This document shows positions 1-7,760 of a DNA stretch of 53,624 bases, one piece after another. The DNA lies in the sequence record DRR378314_1513; one strand, 5' to 3'. A program made the position numbers and the translations under genes. How positions within the stretch are numbered: the stretch's first letter is position 1; every line of letters starts with the position of its first letter. Under the pieces are notes generated by a model. It ran no database searches. It was not told the origin of the DNA and saw only the letters and a program-made list of their open reading frames with translations.

Positions 1-147
1 GCCCCCCAGGCACGCAATTCTCACCCGAGGGAAGAACACTTCATTCCGCTAATGATTGCGGCCGGCGCAGCTCGCGATGATGCAGGGCGCAAGATTTTCT
101 CGGACAATGTGATGAACGCCACAGTCTCCGCCTTCCAGTTCGGCTGA
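1..147 (+). CDS. 3' end of a class III extradiol dioxygenase (LigB/DODA/YgiD-like), partial
   Basis: Frame 1 reads APQARNSHPREEHFIPLMIAAGAARDDAGRKIFSDNVMNATVSAFQFG*. HPREEHxxPLMxAAGA is the typical C-terminal motif of DODA-type dioxygenases. Not in the ORF track because its start lies outside the window. Confidence 0.75.
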   Translation, partial: APQARNSHPREEHFIPLMIAAGAARDDAGRKIFSDNVMNATVSAFQFG

Positions 148-172
148 CCCGGCCATTCGCCGGACTGGGGGC

Positions 173-1198
173 CTAGTCTCGCTCTCCATAGTTACGAGCG
201 ATAATTGCGCAGACAATCAGTTGAAGCTGGTGAAATATCATCAGGGGAAGGATTATAACTCCTACCTGCGCTGGTGCAAACATCGCCGCAGCCATCGGCA
301 CACCGCTCGCCAGGCTTTTCTTGGATCCACACATGACGAGGGTGATTTCGTTCTCTTTCGACAATCCCGTCAAATGAGCTGTCCTGCGCGTAACCAGCAG
401 CACGACTGTCAGGACAACCGCACTCACAAGCAAGATCGTTGCGATATCCAAAGCGGACACTCTCTGCCAGATACCCTCCACCACCGCCGCGCTAAACGCC
501 GTGTAGACGACCAACAGGATAGCTCCGCGGTCCAGCTTTGACAAAATCGCCTTGTTCCGATCAATCCAGCGTCCGATAAGAGGACGGCTGAGATGTCCGA
601 TGATAAAGGGCGCCAAAAGCGTCAGCATGATCGAGCGCATGACGCCCAGCATGTCCCCGCCACCCGATTGCAACTCCGAACGCATGAGCAAGCCCGCGAG
701 CAAGGGCGTGATGAAAACGCCAAGCATGTTGGATAGAGACGCCGTGCAGACTGCCGCAGCGACGTTTCCACGAGCCATTGATGTGAATGCGATAGACGAT
801 TGCACCGTGGACGGCAGAATGGTCAGGAACAGGAAGCCCATTTTTACGCTGGGACTGATCAGCATATCGGGCAGACAGCTGACCGCGAGGCCGAGCAGCG
901 GAAAAAGAACGAATGTGCTTGTCAGGACAAGGCCATGTAGCCGCCACGCGCCAATTCCGCCAAGAATGGCTTCGCGTGACAGTTTCGCACCGTGCATGAA
1001 GAAGAGGAGGAAAATCGCCCCCTTCGTCAACCATTCGAATCCGATCGCCACATCGCCGCGACTTGGAAGAATACTCGCGGTCACGACGACGCCAAGCAGC
1101 ACCAACGCATACGGGTCCGGCTTCAACCATTTGACCCAGCCAGAACGCGGCATCCCCTTTGGCGGGTTCGGGTCTGACGCTTCAGGGTGAGGGGACAT
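173..1198 (-). CDS. Bile acid:sodium symporter family (SBF-like/YfeH) transporter
   Basis: Hydrophobic 341 aa with LPSTVQSSIAFTSMARGNVAAA and CGSKKSLASGVPMA motifs. Confidence 0.9.
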   Translation of the reverse strand: MSPHPEASDPNPPKGMPRSGWVKWLKPDPYALVLLGVVVTASILPSRGDVAIGFEWLTKGAIFLLFFMHGAKLSREAILGGIGAWRLHGLVLTSTFVLFPLLGLAVSCLPDMLISPSVKMGFLFLTILPSTVQSSIAFTSMARGNVAAAVCTASLSNMLGVFITPLLAGLLMRSELQSGGGDMLGVMRSIMLTLLAPFIIGHLSRPLIGRWIDRNKAILSKLDRGAILLVVYTAFSAAVVEGIWQRVSALDIATILLVSAVVLTVVLLVTRRTAHLTGLSKENEITLVMCGSKKSLASGVPMAAAMFAPAQVGVIILPLMIFHQLQLIVCAIIARNYGERD

Positions 1199-1257
1199 AA
1201 GTTCTCCGAAATCGGGTTCATCAAACCCGAATTTGAGTTGGCCAAATATCTGGATCG

Positions 1258-2610
1258 CTACTCCGCGGGTTGACGATATGGCACGTCATTCGCGTCCGCA
1301 GGCACATCAACCTGCCCCTCTTGCGCTTCCGCCGGATATGGCGGCTTCATGAACAGAACGAACATGAAGACAAGCGCGGACAGGACAGAAAGGATCAGGA
1401 AGATAAGAGAGAAACTGCCGGATACATCGCGGATGACCCCTCCGATCACCGGGCCCAGCGCGGAAATCGCCCCCGTCACACACATGGCGGAGAAAAGTTC
1501 GAGATTGTACTTTCTCCCGAAATAATTGAGCAGCAAAACGGTACACGCCAACTGGGTGGTGCCAAATCCAATCCCCGTCCCGAACGCATACAGCAACAGC
1601 ATCACATGATCGGTTGTCAGCGCGAGCACAGCGCACCCGATCATCGTCGCGAACAGCGCAAACGTCGCCAGATGCTTCGGATCGAAAATATCTCCCAACG
1701 CGCCCGAAAACCCTCGGATGAGCACAGCAATCAATGCCTCAATGCTCAGCATTCCCCCGGCCACGGTTTCGGAAACGCCGCGCTCGATCAAATGGCCCAC
1801 CGACAGGCTCGTGACTGTGACGAGACACATCATGTTGAGGCAATAAGCGGCTGCCAGGATTTTGAACTGCGTGGTCTGCATCGCCAGCTTGGCGGGCCAG
1901 TCCTTGGTGGTGCGGTAAATATTCCGCCCAAACCGCGAAGCTGGAGAGTCCGCCTGGTCGGGCATGATGACCGGAGCGGGTTCTTCCACCTCTGGAACTT
2001 CAAGCTCCTCTTTGGCAGGTCGGCGAAAACTCCGTTCGAGACCAATGATAACGGCACAGAGTATCGCCGCAGCCAAAATCGCAAGCGCCTGATACTCCCA
2101 GTAATTTCGCCAGGTCTGCCCTTTCAGGGCAAGCACTCCCAAGACCATGAGCGGCCCCACCACTGTGCCCAGGCCGCTGATGGTTGCGGCCACTCCAAGC
2201 GCGGTGGACTGGCGCTTGAACAGACGACTGACCATGAAAGTCGTCGGGATTGACGCCATCATCGGATAGGCCAGACCGCAAATTGCCGCCGCCAGATAGT
2301 ACTGGATGAGATTGTCGACGCCATGAAGCAGATACAAGCCGAGACTGGCGAGCACTCCTCCAAGGAGAATGGTGTTTCGTACGCCGATCCTGCGAATGAG
2401 AAATGGCGGAACGGATGAGGCGAGCCCGGTGACGGCGCCAAGCACGGTGAAACCGAGCCCGGCTTGCGACCAGCTCCATTCAAGATCCATCACCATGAAT
2501 GGCAGTACGACCCCCAGGGATGAATATGTCGCCGCGGCCAGCAGCAGCTCCAGAGAACTCATCGCGACCAGTTGGCTGCCTGCCTTGAACGGGATTGCGG
2601 CTTTGATCAT
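1258..2610 (-). CDS. MFS transporter
   Basis: About 12 hydrophobic segments in two halves with a central loop; motif-A-like LIRRIGVRNTI and GALGDIFDPK. Its start overlaps the stop of the upstream M20 gene. Confidence 0.85.
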   Translation of the reverse strand: MIKAAIPFKAGSQLVAMSSLELLLAAATYSSLGVVLPFMVMDLEWSWSQAGLGFTVLGAVTGLASSVPPFLIRRIGVRNTILLGGVLASLGLYLLHGVDNLIQYYLAAAICGLAYPMMASIPTTFMVSRLFKRQSTALGVAATISGLGTVVGPLMVLGVLALKGQTWRNYWEYQALAILAAAILCAVIIGLERSFRRPAKEELEVPEVEEPAPVIMPDQADSPASRFGRNIYRTTKDWPAKLAMQTTQFKILAAAYCLNMMCLVTVTSLSVGHLIERGVSETVAGGMLSIEALIAVLIRGFSGALGDIFDPKHLATFALFATMIGCAVLALTTDHVMLLLYAFGTGIGFGTTQLACTVLLLNYFGRKYNLELFSAMCVTGAISALGPVIGGVIRDVSGSFSLIFLILSVLSALVFMFVLFMKPPYPAEAQEGQVDVPADANDVPYRQPAE

Positions 2611-4013
2611 TCTGCCTGCTCCTGCTTGGCGAAGGGGTTGTCTCCATACACATCAGACCGGGAAGTCATCTCGCCCCCTTCGGATTCTGACGCCCGGCCA
2701 CAGAGTGACAGGGCTGTCAGCGCGTAAATCAACGTGCTTTTGACCATGTCCTCCGGGGTCGGGCGCCAACGGGGGAACCCGGTTGTCACGGCTGGAATAC
2801 GGTTCATGTTGAAAACGTTGTGGTCGCGCCACATGCTGGAATAGACCGGGTGGGCAAGTTGCAATGGCTCGCCAAGCGCGTCCCGAGTAGCGGCATCCAC
2901 AGCGGCCACCAATGGCCCCACACGCGTCTCGTCGGCAGCAAATCCATGCCGCACAACCACCGGCTCAATATCGAACTCGCCGAGTCCCTGTTTTCGCAGA
3001 TGAGCCTGCAAGCTTCTGAAGACCTGACCGACTTCAACATGCGGCGGCAAGCCGACCTCAAGATACAAAGAGCAAATTTCGGTGCCAGCTCCGAACGCAT
3101 AAGGCACTCCCCCGCGCACCGAAGAGATCTGGGTTTTCGGCTTCGCAACGCCGCCATCTGACGAATAGATATTCTCTTGTTCGTACACTCGTCCCCAGTC
3201 CAGTACCGACTGGATCGCATCGCCCAATCGGTAGATCGGGTTCGGATGATCAGACGCACGCTCCGGATTGTCGAGAAGTGGAGTGAATACCCCTTCCCCG
3301 AAAAGCTGGATTCGGAAGACGGCGTAACCGCATGCGACCCAGGTCAGCCCGAAGTCACAGCCCTCCGCGGCAATGGCGTAATCTGGCGCCACCCCGCCAT
3401 GATAGAAGGCGTAGTGCGTGCCGATTTCCTTGCCCATGTACTGAACGCCCCGCGCCTCTTCGATCGGCTCTGGGCCTATCTCTCCGGGCGATGCGGTCAG
3501 GTAAAGGCGCCCTGACAAGTCTATACCGCAGGCTTTCAGGGCCTTTGCCGCCATCAGGAAGCACACCATTGGCCCCCGATCATTCGAGATTGGAAATCCA
3601 TGAAATGCGCCATCCTGCAGCCAGCACTGGTTCCATTCCGGGTTCGCCAGCGTTTCGGGCCTGAATTTCTGCGCATCCAGATCAGGGTCCCAGGTCGGGC
3701 TCTCGGTATCGAGGTGGGCCGTAAAGAGCAGGCTTTTCCCGTCCCCCTTGCCTCCATATGTGGCGATAATGTTTGGACGCTCGGGCGTCGCCCCTACTTT
3801 TCTTGGCGCGAAGCCTTCACGGGTCAGCCAATCAAACACGTACTCAGCGGCAGATGCTTCCTGCATTGAGGGGCTGTCGATGTTGCCAAGCTCCAAGGCG
3901 GTGCGCGTCAACTCATCCTTGTCGATGGCCGCTTCGATGGCCTTCCGTTCTTCCGGTGTCACTTCATACGCGACAGGGGGCAGATTTGGGAATGCCGGGC
4001 TTGCTTCTGTCAC
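2607..4013 (-). CDS. M20/ArgE-DapE family metallohydrolase with atypical active-site motifs (possibly NaaA-like aminohydrolase)
   Basis: RPNIIA...GKSLLFTAHLDT, NDRG, PGEIG, AAEG and SMWRD motifs. Confidence 0.75.
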   Translation of the reverse strand: MTEASPAFPNLPPVAYEVTPEERKAIEAAIDKDELTRTALELGNIDSPSMQEASAAEYVFDWLTREGFAPRKVGATPERPNIIATYGGKGDGKSLLFTAHLDTESPTWDPDLDAQKFRPETLANPEWNQCWLQDGAFHGFPISNDRGPMVCFLMAAKALKACGIDLSGRLYLTASPGEIGPEPIEEARGVQYMGKEIGTHYAFYHGGVAPDYAIAAEGCDFGLTWVACGYAVFRIQLFGEGVFTPLLDNPERASDHPNPIYRLGDAIQSVLDWGRVYEQENIYSSDGGVAKPKTQISSVRGGVPYAFGAGTEICSLYLEVGLPPHVEVGQVFRSLQAHLRKQGLGEFDIEPVVVRHGFAADETRVGPLVAAVDAATRDALGEPLQLAHPVYSSMWRDHNVFNMNRIPAVTTGFPRWRPTPEDMVKSTLIYALTALSLCGRASESEGGEMTSRSDVYGDNPFAKQEQAE

Positions 4014-4302
4014 GCTGGTACCTGATCCGTTCGGGGGTCGTTCTACTCTGCCAGAAAAGAAATCATTTCAAGCCGCAGCAAGTCTTGATCTGCGCCGCAC
4101 AGTTTCTTGCCCGCTTCAGATGGATATTTGAGCAGCCCGCCGCAACAAGCGCGCACAACTGGTCGCAACCGCAGATATCTGGCACTGCCGACGTCCGCAA
4201 GAATTAGGGCCGTAGCCGCAAAGAAACGCGCAGCGACCGCGATCACATTGCATACCAGCACCCAACCGCCGCTGCATTCGCAGCCTGATATGCGAGATAG
4301 AC

Positions 4303-4902
4303 ATGAATTTGACCAAAGCAGAACTGGGCCGCGGCGCCCTTGAGCAACTTTTCCTTGAGGCTCGCACCTTCTCAGACTGGCAGGACAAGCCGATTTCGGA
4401 CGAGGACTGCAAACGCATCTACGAACTCGCAAAACTGGGCCCGACGTCTTCAAACGCTTCGCCGGCAAGGTTCGTTTTCATTCGGACCAGCGAGGGAAAA
4501 GACAAGCTCAAACCCTTTCTCTCTTCTGGCAATCTGGAAAAAACAATGTCGGCTCCACTGACAGTCATCGTGGCGCATGATCTGGATTTCACGGACAGGA
4601 TACCGGAGCTGTTCCCGCATTTCCCCGCCGCCGCGAAATGGTTCGCTCCAGAAGACATCAAGCTTGAAACCGCCTTCAGAAACAGCAGCCTGCAAGGCGC
4701 CTACCTGATTCTGGCCGCACGCAGCCTGGGTTTTGATTGCGGCCCCATGTCAGGCTTTGACCCGCAAGGACTGGACAAAGCCTTCTTCAGCGGCACGAAC
4801 GTCAAATCCAACTTCCTGGTCAATATCGGATATGGGGAGCCTTCGAACCTGCACCCGAGACTGCCGCGCCTCTCTTTCGAAGATGCGTGTCAGATCGCCT
4901 AA
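4303..4902 (+). CDS. RutE/HadB-like nitroreductase (malonic semialdehyde reductase family)
   Basis: [49 protein letters not shown] and [12 protein letters not shown] all match the RutE subfamily. Confidence 0.9.
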   Translation: MNLTKAELGRGALEQLFLEARTFSDWQDKPISDEDCKRIYELAKLGPTSSNASPARFVFIRTSEGKDKLKPFLSSGNLEKTMSAPLTVIVAHDLDFTDRIPELFPHFPAAAKWFAPEDIKLETAFRNSSLQGAYLILAARSLGFDCGPMSGFDPQGLDKAFFSGTNVKSNFLVNIGYGEPSNLHPRLPRLSFEDACQIA

Positions 4903-4912
4903 CGAAACAGGT

Positions 4913-5905
4913 TCACGCGGGCGTTCGCGAAGTGCGTAGCATTCCGGCAAGCGGCGTGTACTTCCAGACACCTGCCACGATGATCAGGACGAGCCCAAAA
5001 ACGGTCGGCGCGTCGATCGGGTCGTGAAAGAGGAATACACCATAGCCCACAGCCCAGACGACTTGTGAATATTGCATGGGGCCCAGAAGGTTGGCTGGTG
5101 CATATCTGGACGCAAACATGATTGTCAGATTTCCCAGCGCAATGAACACTCCATAAACTGCGATAGGCAGCCAAAGCGAAAGGTCAGGAAGCCGAAAGTC
5201 GGGAATGATCATGATTCCGCACAAGACCATCGGAAGAAGCGTGGCGGCCCCGAAATGGGAGATCGTGTGCTCGTCATGCTTTATGTGGCGAAGGATCACG
5301 AAAACCGACGACGAACATATGGTCAGCACGAACGCAGCGAGATGCCCGATCGTAAGCTCCCTCATGCCCGGACGCAACACAATCAAGGTGCCAACGAAGC
5401 AGACGAATATCGTAAGCCAGGTCGACCGTGTCACCTTCTCGTTCAGAAACACGATCGACATCAGCGAAATCATGACCGGCATGAGGAAGACCAGCGAAAA
5501 CGCCTCAACCATAGGCAATTCAGTGAATGCGATGATGCCAGCTATGATACCGACAGTCTGAATCACGCCCCGCAGAATCCACAGTTTCGGGCGCCTCGGC
5601 TGGATGATGTGGATCAGTCGTTCTCCGCGCCCGCGCACGAGGGGTGCCATCACCAAGCATAGCAGGCACCCAAGAAATCCCAGCATGAATGGCGGAACCT
5701 GGCCGCCCAGAAAGCGAACCACGGCATCCTTTGTTGCAAACAGAGAGAATGAAACAAGCGCCAGTGTGACGCCTCTCGATAGGTCATTTGTCTGGCTGTT
5801 CACGATGTTCACTTTATCTGGATCAGGGCAACTTATCCGCCTCAGGATGATGCAAGTCATCCCACGGGTCTTGCCCCAGCGCGGCCAGTTACTTGTCTGC
5901 ATCAA
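4913..5905 (-). CDS. DMT/EamA family transporter (true start probably later, e.g. GTG near 5803)
   Basis: About 10 TM segments in two EamA-like repeats (FLNEKV..., GPMQYSQVVWA). Confidence 0.85.
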   Translation of the reverse strand: MMQTSNWPRWGKTRGMTCIILRRISCPDPDKVNIVNSQTNDLSRGVTLALVSFSLFATKDAVVRFLGGQVPPFMLGFLGCLLCLVMAPLVRGRGERLIHIIQPRRPKLWILRGVIQTVGIIAGIIAFTELPMVEAFSLVFLMPVMISLMSIVFLNEKVTRSTWLTIFVCFVGTLIVLRPGMRELTIGHLAAFVLTICSSSVFVILRHIKHDEHTISHFGAATLLPMVLCGIMIIPDFRLPDLSLWLPIAVYGVFIALGNLTIMFASRYAPANLLGPMQYSQVVWAVGYGVFLFHDPIDAPTVFGLVLIIVAGVWKYTPLAGMLRTSRTPA

Positions 5906-6013
5906 AGATTATAGGCTGTCAGGAATTCCTTCGCCTGGCGTCAATTGCAGCGCCTCAAACGCGTTTAACATCGGTCGCAAGAGAACCAGCTCCTCGAACG
6001 GTCGGAGAACGCG

Positions 6014-7429
6014 ATGGATACCAATCAGACAAACTCGCCTGCATCTGCTGACTTGATCATCAAGCATGTCTGGATTGTCACCATGGATGAGGAACGGCGC
6101 ATCTTTCGTGACGGCGCCATCGCAGTGAAAGGCGACAGGATCACCGGCGTTGGACCATCTTCGGATGTTCTCCAGAAATTCCGCGCCGACACGGTCATCG
6201 ACGGCACGGACAAATTTGTGATCACGCCGGGCCTTGTGAATGGCCATGTGCATGTTACCGGCGAGCCCATTACGCGCGGCCTGGTTCCTGACAATACCGA
6301 TTGGCAGGAAAACGTATTCGGTTGGCTTATCCCAACCTATCTCTCCCAAACGCCGCAGGATGAACAACTCTCGGCCAAACTCGCGGCGCTGGAAATGCTC
6401 CGCACCGGCACAACCTGCTTCGTCGAGGCCGGCACAATTCTCGATCTTGACGCCACGGTGCAAGCGTTGAACGAAACCGGCATTCGCGGCAGGCTTGGGC
6501 AGTGGCTGCAGGATCGCGCGTTCGATCCAAATGATGACCAGTCCGAACTCACAAAAACCGCCGTCGCCAAGATGGTGGCCCAGCAAGACCGATACCCTGC
6601 CACTGAAGACACACTTTTGGCCGCAGCGCCGTGTCTGGTCGGGCACAATACGGCAACTGATGAATTATGGCGCGAAGCGACGCATCTCGCCCAAGATGCA
6701 CATGTTGGTGTCACAGCCCATATGAGCGCCGACCCGGCTGATCCGAACTATTATCTGGAAACTACCGGTGCGCGCGCAATTGAACACCTCGCCAATTTGG
6801 ACGCACTGGGCCCACACCTGTCCCTCACACATGCCGTTCATCTGGATGCGCACGAAGTGGACCTGCTGGCCCAAACGGAAACAAGCGTCACACATTGCCC
6901 GATGACAGCGATGAAAGCCGGATATGGCGCGACGGCAACTGGCCTGTTTCCCGAGATGTCAGAAAAGGGCGTCAACATTCTGCTCGGCACGGATGGCGCC
7001 AATAACGGCAACTCGTCCGACTTGATGCGGGCGATGTTCTGCTCCGCGGGCATCTTCAAGGACAGTCGCCGAAATCCGAACCTTTTCCCTGCCACCCAAA
7101 TTCTGGAAATGGCGACCATTAACGGTGCCAAAGCCGCCCAGATGTCTGACCAGATTGGCTCGCTGGAAGTAGGCAAGAAAGCAGATTTTGTTCTTCACGA
7201 CCGCAAGCGACCGGAATGGAGCCCGCTCATTGATCCGGTGAACCAACTTGTCTACGCCGCTGATGGGCGAGGCGTTCATAGTGTGTGGATAAACGGCGTT
7301 CGCGTAATCGACACTTACCGATCCACGCTGATTGACGAAGAAAAACTCTACTCGGAGATCCAGCAGGCAAGCGACACTCTGGTCGCGCGTCTCGACAGGA
7401 AGAGCACACCCGCCTGGCCAGTCATCTGA
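6014..7429 (+). CDS. Amidohydrolase superfamily (MtaD/AtzB/SsnA-like deaminase)
   Basis: PGLVNGHVH metal motif, GTTCFVE, AHMS, HAVHL, HCP, LGTDG, GSLEVGKKAD. Confidence 0.9.
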   Translation: MDTNQTNSPASADLIIKHVWIVTMDEERRIFRDGAIAVKGDRITGVGPSSDVLQKFRADTVIDGTDKFVITPGLVNGHVHVTGEPITRGLVPDNTDWQENVFGWLIPTYLSQTPQDEQLSAKLAALEMLRTGTTCFVEAGTILDLDATVQALNETGIRGRLGQWLQDRAFDPNDDQSELTKTAVAKMVAQQDRYPATEDTLLAAAPCLVGHNTATDELWREATHLAQDAHVGVTAHMSADPADPNYYLETTGARAIEHLANLDALGPHLSLTHAVHLDAHEVDLLAQTETSVTHCPMTAMKAGYGATATGLFPEMSEKGVNILLGTDGANNGNSSDLMRAMFCSAGIFKDSRRNPNLFPATQILEMATINGAKAAQMSDQIGSLEVGKKADFVLHDRKRPEWSPLIDPVNQLVYAADGRGVHSVWINGVRVIDTYRSTLIDEEKLYSEIQQASDTLVARLDRKSTPAWPVI

Positions 7430-7760
7430 GCGTCACGCGGCGTGGTCAAGTCAGCTAGATTTCTCTTCCCCTGCGTCTCTCGCCGTACTCAAAGGCCGTC
7501 AATTTCCACCAATCCCTGATTGTTCGGAGACGAACGAATAGCGCGCGGCGCTTGGATCAAGGGATTCATTCAAAAACGGCGCCAAAAGTACAGCCGTTTG
7601 AGAACGCCTCTCAAACGAGAGCCGACGCTCAGCAGGAAATGTCTTGCAAGGGAAAACTGACTAAAATAGTACATCTTCACAAAAGCGAAGAACCGGCCGG
7701 CTATGATACTGCTTGAGCCAGTATTCTAGCTGAAATCAATAACATAGCGCCGGGAAAAAT

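Noticed and set aside
4249-4264. Possible sigma-54 promoter on the minus strand (TGGGTGCTGGTATGCA)
   Set aside because: GG-N10-GC spacing fits but the TGGCAC consensus match is poor and no enhancer-binding protein gene is nearby.
4043-4468. ORFs in the M20/nitroreductase divergent gap (4043-4468, 4107-4343, 4116-4418)
   Set aside because: They overlap the nitroreductase or each other, have Cys/Arg-rich non-protein-like composition and no motifs; probably promoter DNA.
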